Shown piece after piece: positions 42,181 to 52,900 of a DNA stretch of 64,000 nucleotides (its first letter is position 1; each line of letters begins with the position of its first letter). The stretch is from Nitrososphaeraceae archaeon. Lineage in GTDB: Archaea; Thermoproteota; Nitrososphaeria; Nitrososphaerales; Nitrososphaeraceae. The DNA is taken from positions 1 to 64,000 of the forward strand of contig DATGZA010000062.1 of assembly GCA_035297365.1 (NCBI GenBank). Direction: 5' to 3'. Under the pieces are notes generated by a model, which saw only the letters and a list, made by a program, of their open reading frames with translations, did not search any database and was not told the origin of the DNA. A program made the position numbers and the translations under genes.

Positions 42181-43362
42181 TTGTCAAAATTGCCCTCGTC
42201 TCCAGAATTAGCTATATTCGGATTAAGTACCGAGGGCTATAATTTTGCTACATCGCTTGTCAGTGCTGGATATAAAGTTTCTATTATAGATGAAGCATCG
42301 AAGATGGGGATAACCTTAAACAATGATATTGCAAGAACCTATGCTACCGTATGTGATCTTATAGAAGACGAGCCGTTACTTCCTATTCAACCTTCAAACG
42401 ATATCATTGGTAATGCTTCTTACCTATTCTTTTCACCAAAAATAAGGAAAATAGGTCAAGATGTAAAAATCGATATTTCTTCTAAATTTATAGATGCCAT
42501 TAGATCGATCGATAGAGATACCTCAATTATTTATACACTTCCAACTGGTATTGGTGGAAATGATGAAAATATCGATATATTGGAACATACTACCGGAATG
42601 ATGGTCGGAGAGAATATCCCTTATTATTACATGCCAATTAACTCTGGACCGATTCTCTCATCTAATACAGTAGTAGGAGGTTTTAATACAAGAAAGGATC
42701 CATTCCTTGAAAAGATACTCCAGATTATTAACAATCAACCGATATATCTGACCAATATTGTATCTGCCGAATTGACTTATGTTTCCAGGATACTAAGACA
42801 TTATTCTGGTATTGCCAGCGTATTGGAAGTTTGTAAATATGCAAGTGGCTACGAGGGTGATAACCAAATAGTCGATAATTTCTACAAAGATCTATATCTA
42901 GATGATATTACAAACGGGTTACATGATCTAAGGATAATTCAACATTCCTTGCAAGGTAATAATCCATTGATATATCTGGTTAATGGCACTATCAAGAGCA
43001 TAGAAAGCTACCTGAAAAATTTGATAGATAAAATCCGTTATTTGCTAAAAAAGAAGGAATTGAAAGCAAGTAAAACAAGAATTTCAATTTTTTGGGCATT
43101 AGATCTTTTTGAAATGCGAGGTGATAAAATCGATATATCTTTATTATTAGAATCTCGACTAAGAGATTATATAGGTGAGGTGGAGCATGGCGGAGGGAAT
43201 AGTCTTGACAATTATCCCAGTGATAAGACTACAATCTTTATTGCCTGCTCTAAAACGGATTATCATCTCATAACTAAAGCCAATAATGTCGATTCAATAG
43301 TTATAAAGGCTAATCCCATTTGTGAGGTTAATTCTGATCTAATAAATGTCGAGAGATATTGA
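42181..43362 (+). CDS. Divergent UDP-sugar dehydrogenase-like protein
   Basis: Rossmann-like start LAIFGLSTEG, a SAEL helix and overall length resemble the UDP-glucose/UDP-GlcNAc dehydrogenase family. The catalytic GGxC motif is not seen. Confidence 0.55.
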   Translation: MSKLPSSPELAIFGLSTEGYNFATSLVSAGYKVSIIDEASKMGITLNNDIARTYATVCDLIEDEPLLPIQPSNDIIGNASYLFFSPKIRKIGQDVKIDISSKFIDAIRSIDRDTSIIYTLPTGIGGNDENIDILEHTTGMMVGENIPYYYMPINSGPILSSNTVVGGFNTRKDPFLEKILQIINNQPIYLTNIVSAELTYVSRILRHYSGIASVLEVCKYASGYEGDNQIVDNFYKDLYLDDITNGLHDLRIIQHSLQGNNPLIYLVNGTIKSIESYLKNLIDKIRYLLKKKELKASKTRISIFWALDLFEMRGDKIDISLLLESRLRDYIGEVEHGGGNSLDNYPSDKTTIFIACSKTDYHLITKANNVDSIVIKANPICEVNSDLINVERY

Positions 43363-43496
43363 ATATTATCTGAACCATTCAAGTGTGCTAAAAAATTAAC
43401 AACAAGAGATCTTGTAATTTTTCAAAAAGAATATATCAATATATGATAAAATCCATTGTGATGTTTTTGTTTGATACTCTTTAGTTTTCTTTTTAT

Positions 43497-44099
43497 TTAC
43501 TTCTTTGATTCCCATTCTGACTTTTTCTTATCATATTCTTTTCTTGAATAAACAACTTTAGCGGGATGTCCTATCACCACAGTTTCTTCAGGTACGTCTT
43601 TGGTAACAACAGAACCCATTCCTACAACAGAATTTTTTCCTATTAGGATTCCCGGTTTTATTACTGCTCTCGCAGCAATTATTGCCCCATCATTCACTAC
43701 GGTTCCAATCATCTTAGGACTCATTGGATAAGGATCATTAGTAAATGTAGCTCCAGGACCTATGAATACATTCTTTCCTATGACAGTCAGTGGAGGAATA
43801 TACACAGACCCTTCAATCCTAGTATTATCGCCTATTTTTACATTGTAATCTATATGTGCAAGAGAACCAATCATAACATTCTTTCCAATTTCTGTATTAT
43901 CTCCAACATATGCATAATGCCAAATCTTTACATTTTTTCCAATCTTTGCTGTATCAGAAATGTAATGAGTAACAAATCTTTTTTCATCTCGAGATATTTT
44001 TTGCTTCTTTTTTCTATTTTTTTCGGTAATATTTTCTGAGATACTATCTTTCTTCTTCGATTCTATTTTCTTTTCCTTTTCTTTATTATTCCTGCTCAT
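43497..44099 (-). CDS. Hexapeptide-repeat N-acetyltransferase (WbpD-like)
   Basis: Left-handed beta-helix repeats; KIWHY, FTNDPYP and GSVVTKDVP..G.PAK motifs. Confidence 0.88.
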   Translation of the reverse strand: MSRNNKEKEKKIESKKKDSISENITEKNRKKKQKISRDEKRFVTHYISDTAKIGKNVKIWHYAYVGDNTEIGKNVMIGSLAHIDYNVKIGDNTRIEGSVYIPPLTVIGKNVFIGPGATFTNDPYPMSPKMIGTVVNDGAIIAARAVIKPGILIGKNSVVGMGSVVTKDVPEETVVIGHPAKVVYSRKEYDKKKSEWESKK

Positions 44100-44169
44100 T
44101 TTTAATATTTCATCTCTACCCTTCTTTCTTCGTACATATTAGGTAAGTCTTATTATTTTTATATCTTTA

Positions 44170-44577
44170 TTATAGGTGCCAAGGATTTGCATGTTTTAGA
44201 ATCTTTTCAGGTATATTGTCTTTCCATTTTGCCAGAAATTCCAAATCTTTTCCTTTTTCTCTTAACTCATCGGGTAACATAATAGGTATCTCGTCTATGA
44301 TAGGATAGAAACGGACACATTTATTACAGTATAAAATACCATCAACAATTACAATAACCTTGTCTTGACGGGTGTACTCCTCAGATAATCGACTATCTCT
44401 GAAAGCAATATCATTGTTATTATTATTTTTTTGAATATTTTTTTCATCGTTTTCTTTTCCTTTTTTCTTATTTTCTCTAAGTTCATTAATTTCTTCTTTA
44501 GTATCCAACTCTATCAATTCAAGAGGATAATGTTTATCGATTGGACATGCCAAGATATCTAAGATGTTTCTTTTCAT
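44170..44577 (-). CDS. Trm112-family methyltransferase activator
   Basis: LDILACPIDK...GILYCNKCVRFYPIIDEIPIMLPDELR, with a long N/K-rich insertion. Confidence 0.9.
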   Translation of the reverse strand: MKRNILDILACPIDKHYPLELIELDTKEEINELRENKKKGKENDEKNIQKNNNNNDIAFRDSRLSEEYTRQDKVIVIVDGILYCNKCVRFYPIIDEIPIMLPDELREKGKDLEFLAKWKDNIPEKILKHANPWHL

Positions 44578-45587
44578 CTGTTTCTCCCATTCTTCAAATT
44601 CAAATATATTGGTGCTCCAGTTTTACTGGATAAAATTGCAGCTTCAGCTATTTTTGTTACGTTTGCTGCTTCCATTGGAGAAACCTCAGGCTCATTTTTC
44701 CTTCCCTCTATTACATTAACAAAACTATTTAATTCCAATGAAAGAGGTTCAACAAGATTTAATCTTCTTGGGGTAATGGAGGATCTTTCGTCTTCTATTG
44801 TTATCTCCTGTTTTATGAAATCGCCATTAATTATAGCATCAGTGCAAACAGCACTAAATTTTCTAACTTTTTTGGGTGTAATCCAGTTAGATGATATTAC
44901 TGCAACTTTATCAATCCCAAAGCCAAGAATTATTGTTGAGAAGTCCTCAAATGAATGAAATATTTTTCCAGAACGAGCAAAGACAACATGCGGTTTCATT
45001 CCAAAAAGGTATATTGCAGTATCGATGTCATGTACTGCTGTATCATAGATTATCCCTACATCCTTGATATGTAATGGCATTCTGTTTTCCCTATGAAATT
45101 CCATCATTATTAAATCACCATAAGTTTTTTCTATCAGTATTTTTTTCACGTCTTGTACTGCGGGATTGAATCTTTCAATATATCCGCAGGTCAGAATGAC
45201 CTGATTTTTTTTTGCGGTTTCTATCATCTCTTCACATTCCTTAAACGAGTAGGAAAGGGGTTTTTCAACGAATACATTTATCTTATTCTCCATTAACTTT
45301 TTTGAAACAATATGATGTGTTTTTGTGGGTGTGCAAACAAGACATCCATCCAATTTTTCAGAATTTATCATATCTTCGACTGAGTCAAAGTAATTCACAT
45401 CATATTTTTCAGCAAGAAGCTTTGCTCTATTAATATCGGTATCACAAATACTTCTTAGTACTCCGATATCATGAAGGACTCTAACATGGTTTTTCCCCCA
45501 TCCTCCAACTCCTATAATTGCTATCCTTGATTTCTCTTCTGTCTTTTTCTTTGGTAAACGTATTGATTTTTCCTCTGTGAGTGTCAT
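44574..45587 (-). CDS. Gfo/Idh/MocA oxidoreductase (WbpB-like)
   Basis: IGVGGWG, VEKP, ERFNPA and DTAVHDID motifs. Confidence 0.9.
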   Translation of the reverse strand: MTLTEEKSIRLPKKKTEEKSRIAIIGVGGWGKNHVRVLHDIGVLRSICDTDINRAKLLAEKYDVNYFDSVEDMINSEKLDGCLVCTPTKTHHIVSKKLMENKINVFVEKPLSYSFKECEEMIETAKKNQVILTCGYIERFNPAVQDVKKILIEKTYGDLIMMEFHRENRMPLHIKDVGIIYDTAVHDIDTAIYLFGMKPHVVFARSGKIFHSFEDFSTIILGFGIDKVAVISSNWITPKKVRKFSAVCTDAIINGDFIKQEITIEDERSSITPRRLNLVEPLSLELNSFVNVIEGRKNEPEVSPMEAANVTKIAEAAILSSKTGAPIYLNLKNGRNR

Positions 45588-45656
45588 TATGGTATCTATT
45601 TTTTTATTTTTCTGAAATATGTTTTCTTGCTTTTATCTTGTTATTTGTAAATCTTA

Positions 45657-46580
45657 TTACCATACTGGTGTGACCCATTGGCGGTACTTTTCGTTTGGAC
45701 TACTTGCTGAAACTATCTTTTGGTATAAATCCCGTATCGACCTTGTTATCTTTCCTTCTTTACCTTTGCTAATTTCTTTCCCATCTACGCTTATTACGGC
45801 TACTATCTCTGCCGCTGTTCCTGTGAGAAAGATTTCATCTGCAATATATAGTTCAGTACGAGATATAGGTCTTTGTACTATTTCATAACCTAGATCTCTT
45901 GCTAGTGTTATGACAGTATCCCTCGTTATGCCTTCCAAAATTGATGAAGACATATCAGGGGTATGGATGACGTTGTTTCTAAGAATAAATATATTCTCCC
46001 CAGGAGCCTCGCTTACATTTCCTTCTCTATCCAACATTATTGCTTCATCATATCCATTTCTCTTGCATTCTTGTGTTGCCAATACCGAATTCAGATAATT
46101 TCCTCCTGCCTTTGCTATCGGTGGTGTGGAGCAATCGTGGATTCTTCTCCAAGAAGAAATTCCTACTTTAATCCCTTCAGCACTGAAGTATTTATCAAAT
46201 GGAAAAACTATGATTACAGTATGAGTCGGAGATCTCACGCTTACATTAAGATCTATACCATGTGTTCCTACAAATGTAATTGGTCTAATATAACAAGATT
46301 GTCTCATGTTACATTTTTGCAGTAATTCTACTATTCCATTCATTAAATCTTCTATAGAATGATTAATAGTCATTGAATAGATTGAAGCAGACTGAAATAC
46401 CCTTTCAACATGTTCTCTTAATTTAAAAATATATAGATTATCCTTAGAACTATAAGCTCTAATCCCCTCAAAAACGGAAGTTCCATAATGTAATGCATGA
46501 GTTGTTATTGGAACTTGGGCCTTATCCCATTCAACAAACTCTCCATTAAGCCACACATACTGAGCTCCTTTAGTTTTCAT
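45657..46580 (-). CDS. ilvE: Branched-chain amino acid aminotransferase
   Basis: HALHYG.SVFEGIRAY, AKAGGNY, E.PGENIF, LEGITR and GTAAE motifs. Confidence 0.96.
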   Translation of the reverse strand: MKTKGAQYVWLNGEFVEWDKAQVPITTHALHYGTSVFEGIRAYSSKDNLYIFKLREHVERVFQSASIYSMTINHSIEDLMNGIVELLQKCNMRQSCYIRPITFVGTHGIDLNVSVRSPTHTVIIVFPFDKYFSAEGIKVGISSWRRIHDCSTPPIAKAGGNYLNSVLATQECKRNGYDEAIMLDREGNVSEAPGENIFILRNNVIHTPDMSSSILEGITRDTVITLARDLGYEIVQRPISRTELYIADEIFLTGTAAEIVAVISVDGKEISKGKEGKITRSIRDLYQKIVSASSPNEKYRQWVTPVW

Positions 46581-46628
46581 ATTTAAGAAACGTAAATTAG
46601 AGAATTAATAAAAGTTTTCTTTAGTACG

Positions 46629-47291
46629 CTAAAAAAAACCTCTCCTCGGAAATTTTACTCCTAATATTTTTATTGTTTCATCTTGTGCAGTTGCATACTT
46701 GTCGATAACACTCCAATTTTCTTTGATTATCTTCACTGCCTTAGTTGGTACTTTATCTTCCCACATTTCACCTTCTTTTAAACTTTCTCTTTTTCTGCTT
46801 TCAGTATTCTTGTTTCTGGATCTGACATCTGTAGCTTCTTTATAGATTAGCTCCTTGATATGGCTTGCAGAAATAGGGAGCCTCTTTGCTTTGATTGGAT
46901 TGAATCTATATATTTTAAGTATATATCGTTCCATAGGGTCACCTGTATATGAGATAAACTTCTTTTCTGAGATTGTATTTATGACTTGTTCCCTTATCTT
47001 CCATGAATACGGTGAAAAAATTGGTGGAAAATATCTAATAAATGGTGAGTAAAACGCATAATTTGGAGATATAACAATATTATTATCATTAGGAAATACC
47101 TCCCTGATCATCAATTTTCTTAACTCATACGAAAAAGGAAAACTTCTAGTGCTGATTTCTTTCCCATTTAATAAAAATCTCACGGGGAAGATATATACCG
47201 TGTATTTTTTTTTAAGCCTGTTTATTATTTCCTCATGAGCTTTTGTAAAGGGGTTAAGATGCGCAAGGTACAGTGCTGCAATTTTATTCAT
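46629..47291 (-). CDS. Cytidylyltransferase-like (HIGH-superfamily) nucleotidyltransferase with atypical motif
   Basis: LAHLNPFTKAH in place of GxFxPxHxGH; PFS...R; ISASHIK. Confidence 0.7.
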   Translation of the reverse strand: MNKIAALYLAHLNPFTKAHEEIINRLKKKYTVYIFPVRFLLNGKEISTRSFPFSYELRKLMIREVFPNDNNIVISPNYAFYSPFIRYFPPIFSPYSWKIREQVINTISEKKFISYTGDPMERYILKIYRFNPIKAKRLPISASHIKELIYKEATDVRSRNKNTESRKRESLKEGEMWEDKVPTKAVKIIKENWSVIDKYATAQDETIKILGVKFPRRGFF

Positions 47292-47398
47292 TTAAATCAT
47301 TTTCAAATTACAAAAAATACTGATAAGATATAAAGACTGATCCAAAATCCAAAAATTGATGTTAGTTTTATTAACTAACTAACTAACTATTGATTATC

Positions 47399-47722
47399 TT
47401 ATGTCCTTTTGACTTCTATTTCTATGGTTGAAACATTTCTAGTTCTTCCGTCTTCAGATTGTACGGTTTCAGAACCAATCTTCACATCTCCTATCACATA
47501 GCCAGCATTTTCCATTCTCTTCAGTATGATTTGAGATACGTCTACTGCTCTTCCTATACTCAATCCTCTTGCCTTTATTGTTACTGTAGGTTGGTTCGCG
47601 AGTTGAATTAATGTTGATGTAACGTATGCCATTAATGGTTTTTTACCAATGTATATTGCATCTCTCAATTGAACTTGGTTGGGTTGTGTTTCCGTAACAT
47701 TTTCATGTGCTTCTTCAGACAT
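47399..47722 (-). CDS. albA: DNA/RNA-binding protein Alba
   Basis: IYIGKKPLMAYV, IKARG.SI.RAVDV and NVSTIEI motifs. Start reassigned to ATG 47722 (MSEEAHE). Confidence 0.95.
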   Translation of the reverse strand: MSEEAHENVTETQPNQVQLRDAIYIGKKPLMAYVTSTLIQLANQPTVTIKARGLSIGRAVDVSQIILKRMENAGYVIGDVKIGSETVQSEDGRTRNVSTIEIEVKRT

Positions 47723-47830
47723 ACTAGATGTATTTGAAAAGGATAATTTAAATCTAAAAGTCACTACCCGGTATTTTTCTAAATAAAATAATCTCTTAAT
47801 TAAAATAGCGTTGTACCAAAAATGTAACTT

Positions 47831-48619
47831 ATGAAAAAAGAGAGAAACAAACAACGAAATCGAGAAGATTCTTTTAAAATTTTTTTAATATCAAAATTAC
47901 GTAGATCGAATTTATTTCAAGCTGGTGAGTTACGATTTTTTTTCAGCATTTTGGTTGCGATTTCTATCTCATTTACACTTTTTTTCCTACCAGATATCGA
48001 AACAGGAGGTTATGATCAAAAATATGCGAAAGGTTATACTGATTTCTTTAGATTGGTATTCGCTGAAGAGATAAACGGAACAGAGAACGCAGATAATATT
48101 ACTGGTACCATTAATCAAGATACTATTAAAGGACTTGGAGGAAATGATACTCTTTATGGAGGTGAAGCAGGAGACGATCTAAGTGGTGGAAATGGATCTG
48201 ATGTGATTTATGGCGGAGATGGAAGAGATTTCTTACGTGGAAAAACTGGTGACGATCAACTAGATGGTGGAAAAGGAAATGATAGATTATTTGGAGACAA
48301 GGGTAATGACGTATTAGTAGGTGGCAGCGGTAACGATACATTGATTGGAGGGCCAGGACAAGATATATTTATTTGCAATAATGGAAAAGACACAATCATT
48401 GATTTTAATCAGACAGAAGGTGATGTCATCCCCAATAAGGATTGTGAAATCATAAACAATTCTAATAATTATCCGACAAAAGATACAAAACCATCAAATC
48501 AACAAAAGATCTCTGGATTAGTAAATCAAAAGATTGATGAAGTATCTAAACAAGAAAGGCAAGATAGTATTGCTCAAACAAAAGATCCTTCTTCTAACAT
48601 ATTCGGGTTCTTTAAATGA
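47831..48619 (+). CDS. Secreted/membrane-anchored RTX-type calcium-binding repeat protein
   Basis: TM or signal segment followed by about 10 GGxGxDxL-type nonapeptides and DTIIDF. Confidence 0.88.
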   Translation: MKKERNKQRNREDSFKIFLISKLRRSNLFQAGELRFFFSILVAISISFTLFFLPDIETGGYDQKYAKGYTDFFRLVFAEEINGTENADNITGTINQDTIKGLGGNDTLYGGEAGDDLSGGNGSDVIYGGDGRDFLRGKTGDDQLDGGKGNDRLFGDKGNDVLVGGSGNDTLIGGPGQDIFICNNGKDTIIDFNQTEGDVIPNKDCEIINNSNNYPTKDTKPSNQQKISGLVNQKIDEVSKQERQDSIAQTKDPSSNIFGFFK

Positions 48620-49795
48620 TCACATATAAAAAGAAACAAAATTTTGATTTTTTTTATACGGAATTTAACAAGGTCAGCCAAAGGTTTGATCCAATTCAAA
48701 AAAAATTAAGATAAATTAAAATGGATTATAGTTCCAATCTTTATAAAGTATTTATTCAAAAAATATGTAATTTTTCAGATGAAGATCATTCATACACTCA
48801 ACTAACTGTTCTCGATTATCTGCTGTCACTCTTTACTTATCAGCATTTTGTATCATGGCAACTAGTGCCTGATATGGCAAATCATCGATTTATTAATTTC
48901 TTTGACACAAGTAACTTGAGATAAATAATATAAAAGATATATAGATAATTTGGTGATCTGGGGGATTAGGTGTTAGACGGTATTAAAGAGAAAATCAATA
49001 TTGATGCCTATGACGGATCAGATAAAGACGATATATTTGAAGCAATTAGAAACCTGTATAGAAGAGGATCTTGATTTTTATTCAATTTTGTATTTAGAAT
49101 CTGTATACTAAAAATATCAAATTTTGCTGGAATAACAATATTGTTAATTTTTAGTTATATCTATTTTGGACATTCACATAATATCAGATAGTTCTTTACG
49201 ACGTACCGTAATAATATATGCAATTGTAATTATTTATCTTTTGTGTTATTGTCCTTTCTGTTAGTCACATTATTGAAATTATTGCAGAATAATATTATCT
49301 TTTTTTGTTGTTGAATTATTGAGTCAAGTATTTTGAGTATGTTTTAGTGTGTATCTTTAAGTGTTTTATCTTCAACAGATAACGCTTTGTCGTATTTTAT
49401 CCCTGCCTGAAATAAAAAGGATTGTTCTCGTTACATCCTGCAGCTTTTTCAAATCCTATGTGTCCAGACGTGGTTACCATTTAAAAATAATTCTAAACCA
49501 AAACACGGAAAAGACCTATCTTCTTTTCTAAATCTATACGATATTAGTTTTTTTCATCACCACACCTACATCTGTCATTATCCAACGGATGTGTAAAATT
49601 CTGCTGACTAGATGCGATATCCTTCTAAATGTCTTAGACTTAAGAATTAGCCTTTCTCTAATTATACTTGATATCATTTTGTCGAACCTATTCTTTTTTT
49701 ATTGTGGGTAGACGACCTATTTTTTTAGTTTTGTTCTGAATAATTCTATAGTCTTCATAACACATAAATATAAATATTTAAAAAAGATAATTAGA

Positions 49796-51082
49796 ATGAA
49801 TATTAAAATTTTGTTAATAGGTATATCTATTACTTTTCTAATTAGTGTATTATCATTTCTAGAACCTTTTTCTTATTATGGACTAATATCGGGTCAAGAA
49901 ATATCAGATTCAATTGAAAAATCTAAAAGTGACTCGAATTTAAGTCTAGAAGATATATTTAATCGTACATCCAACTCTGTTGTTCAAATTACAATTATAG
50001 ATCCATCATCCGGTTTAGAAAAAGGCTTAGGTTCTGGTTTCGTTTTCGATAAAAACGGGTATATAATAACAAACAATCATGTAGTTCCTATTGATCAAAA
50101 ATTGGCTCAATATATAGTAACTTTCCCAAACGGAAATACATATGATGCAGAAATTGTAGGAAAGGATCAATTTAGCGACCTAGCTGTGGTAAAAATCTCC
50201 CATTTTTCATCTTCTGATTTGATCCCACTTCCGTTAGGAAATTCATCGACTCTTAAAGTTGGAAATACTGTAGTTGCGATTGGAAATCCATTTGGACTTT
50301 CTGGTTCCCTGACTGTAGGTGTAGTAAGCGGCTTGGGCAGATTGCTCCCATCATCAGAAGAAAATAGTGATGGTCCTCGTTTTGGACCATCAACTGCAAT
50401 GACCTTCAATATTCCTGATGTCATACAAACAGATGCTGCCATAAATCCTGGTAATTCCGGGGGACCTCTTTTGAATTTAAAGGGCGAAGTTATCGGAGTC
50501 AACTCTGCAATATTTTCAAATACAGGTTTATATTCAGGAATAGGATTTGCAGTTCCGTCCGATATTGTGAAGAAAGTCGCTCCGTCCATAATTGCAACTG
50601 GAAAGTATTCTCATCCTTACCTTGGAGTGGTAGGGATGGACGTCACCCCTGCGCTAGCAAAACTATTTGGATTAGAAAAGACAGCAGGATTTTTGGTGAC
50701 TGACATAACTGAGGGTAGTCCAGCAGCAAAGTCAGGTCTGCGGGAGGGTACAATATCTTACAACAACAGAGGAGAGTTTATAGATGCACAAGGGGATATA
50801 ATTGTTGGAATAGATGGAACTCCTGTTAGAAAAATAGATGATATACTTACTCATTTAGAAAAAGAGAAAAAAGTGGGCGATACAGTCATTTTAACTTTGA
50901 TTCGCGACAAGAAATTTGTAAATGTAGAATTAAAGTTGGCAGAAAGACCTACTCACTCTGATATTTCTAGATCTTCTGGGACAGAATTGTTTGATGATTC
51001 ACAATCCCAATCTCCCAACGGTGGTATGTATTCAGAATGTTTAAAGATTATGCCAAAAAGTTTGTGCGATCTACTTCGATGA
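49796..51082 (+). CDS. htrA: HtrA/DegP-family serine protease with one PDZ domain
   Basis: GSGF, TNNHVV, DLAV, IQTDAAINPGNSGGPL and a PDZ domain (GSPAAKSGL, GDII). Confidence 0.95.
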   Translation: MNIKILLIGISITFLISVLSFLEPFSYYGLISGQEISDSIEKSKSDSNLSLEDIFNRTSNSVVQITIIDPSSGLEKGLGSGFVFDKNGYIITNNHVVPIDQKLAQYIVTFPNGNTYDAEIVGKDQFSDLAVVKISHFSSSDLIPLPLGNSSTLKVGNTVVAIGNPFGLSGSLTVGVVSGLGRLLPSSEENSDGPRFGPSTAMTFNIPDVIQTDAAINPGNSGGPLLNLKGEVIGVNSAIFSNTGLYSGIGFAVPSDIVKKVAPSIIATGKYSHPYLGVVGMDVTPALAKLFGLEKTAGFLVTDITEGSPAAKSGLREGTISYNNRGEFIDAQGDIIVGIDGTPVRKIDDILTHLEKEKKVGDTVILTLIRDKKFVNVELKLAERPTHSDISRSSGTELFDDSQSQSPNGGMYSECLKIMPKSLCDLLR

Positions 51083-51673
51083 TTTACACTATTTAATAGT
51101 ACGAATAAGTTTTTAACTCAATAGATTTCACTTTTTGCCAAATTTTCTACCAACGGAGGCACATAACAAAATACGGTCTAAATAATAAATGAAATTCATG
51201 GATTGGTCGTGAATATTTTCACAAAAAAAAACATAAAGATTAGTATTCTATTTCAATGATATGTTATGGATTCGCAACCATACTATTCGATTACTCGCTA
51301 TTTGTAGTCTTTGGTCAGATTCAATTAGTATTATTTAATTGATAGATTCAACATAAGTTAAAATCATATAAATAGGAGGTAAAAATTTTTAATTTTTACT
51401 TTTATCTAAAGATTTTTTTCTGTATGTCTCCAATTTCCATCGAATTAAAACAGAAAACCCCCTAATATCTCACTTTCAACTCCGATTTTGGAGAATTTAT
51501 CAAAATATGGAGATCGATAAGAATGCTATTAAAGCTGAACATTTGGGAATATTCTGGATACAATATTTCATGAAAAAGACAAAGGTAACTATTATGAAGA
51601 TTCTTTTTGTGTTGCCAGAAATCCAGTTAATAGAAAGATAAGTTCACATAGGACAAACGATAAACCACAAGCA

Positions 51674-52384
51674 ATGAATTTTTTCCGTAATGTAAGGGTA
51701 TTTTTTACGAAATTGGTAAAAAGCAATTCAAATTTTTATGATTCTACCGAAAATAAAATCAGTAACTCATACATAGATAGTGAATTTATCTCATCCCTAT
51801 CTTCCGCATCTCTAAAGTTAGAGAGTAATCTGGGAATAAAAAGTACAGGAAGGTGTGGAATATGTGTTAAAGATGTAAATTTAGAATCGTTTAATGACAT
51901 GAAGAAATATGTTGAAAATTTTCTAGGGATAGCTTCCGATGAAAAAAAAAATGAAAATCTATCCTTTTCCTTTAATTCCTTTCTTGATGAATATAATTAT
52001 CTTTGGTTTATATTAAATGGACAAAAAATTGAAGATGTAGTGGCTGGAATTAATGCGGTTGGAGATACTATTCACGAAAAGGGATTCTCTCGACAATTGC
52101 TTGCTGCTGTTTTTGAGTTTACAAGTGGATATGAAAATCGTAACGAAGAGACAAGGAATTTTGTTGAAGGTATGCAAGTTAATAATAAAGCCAGTCAATA
52201 CCTTATCTATAATTATAAGCGTGACAATTTCTATCCTTTTGTTCCAACCGGTACTATATCGCAGAATGGAAAAAGAAAAAGAGATAACCAAATGGAAGTA
52301 AAAATAATGAAGGAGATTTCAAATGAAATACCCTTTGAAGAGGACCTTTCTCGATGGTATCCCATTTGGAATATACCATTTTAA
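51674..52384 (+). CDS. PspA-associated protein PspAB-like
   Basis: DEYNYLW, GF..QLLAAVF, YLIYNYKR.NFYPFVP, RDN..E and EEDLSRWYPIW match the family recalled as PspAB; adjacent to pspA. Confidence 0.8.
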   Translation: MNFFRNVRVFFTKLVKSNSNFYDSTENKISNSYIDSEFISSLSSASLKLESNLGIKSTGRCGICVKDVNLESFNDMKKYVENFLGIASDEKKNENLSFSFNSFLDEYNYLWFILNGQKIEDVVAGINAVGDTIHEKGFSRQLLAAVFEFTSGYENRNEETRNFVEGMQVNNKASQYLIYNYKRDNFYPFVPTGTISQNGKRKRDNQMEVKIMKEISNEIPFEEDLSRWYPIWNIPF

Positions 52385-52547
52385 AATAGAAATACATTTA
52401 GCAGAATTTCAATTATGTAAATCTAGACAAGAAAATATGAATGACGACATTCTGACTAAGATAAAAACACAAAATGAAACGTTCAGAAATCGAATTGATA
52501 AAAAAATAGATCTAATAAAAATATAAAAATTTCCTTATTGATTGTTT

Positions 52548-52889
52548 TTAACTATCTGGAATTAAACCTTCTTCCTTGAAGATTTTTTTTAGGTCAGTCA
52601 GAGCGAGATCCTGGTTCGGTATAATAATATCGGATGAGGTGATCTCAGAATTCTTAAGTTTTTCACCTTTTGAAGTAACTAGATCATTCATTTCTTCAAT
52701 CTTTTCATGTATCTTCTTTTCGTTATCGATATGATATTCAGCATCGGAGCTACTATTTTTTTTGACCAAGTCTACTATCTCATTATCTAATGTATTGACT
52801 TGATTAACTATTTCGCTACTTACTCTAAATTGACCTTTACCTGTTATTCTGACTATTTGAACTTGGTTTTCATAAGACATTAGTATCAC
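52548..52889 (-). CDS. PspA-associated protein PspAA-like
   Basis: IVRITGKGQFRV, N.LD, SDIIIP..D and EGLIPD motifs; immediately downstream of pspA. Confidence 0.82.
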   Translation of the reverse strand: MILMSYENQVQIVRITGKGQFRVSSEIVNQVNTLDNEIVDLVKKNSSSDAEYHIDNEKKIHEKIEEMNDLVTSKGEKLKNSEITSSDIIIPNQDLALTDLKKIFKEEGLIPDS

Positions 52890-52900
52890 CAGTCTGAAAT

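Noticed and set aside
47723-47854. N-terminal extension of Alba in the ORF track
   Set aside because: It overlaps the divergent RTX gene and promoter region. ATG 47722 gives a normal-sized Alba.
51083-51673. HtpX remnant between htrA and pspAB
   Set aside because: Only a short 44-codon ORF without HExxH or other HtpX motifs was found.
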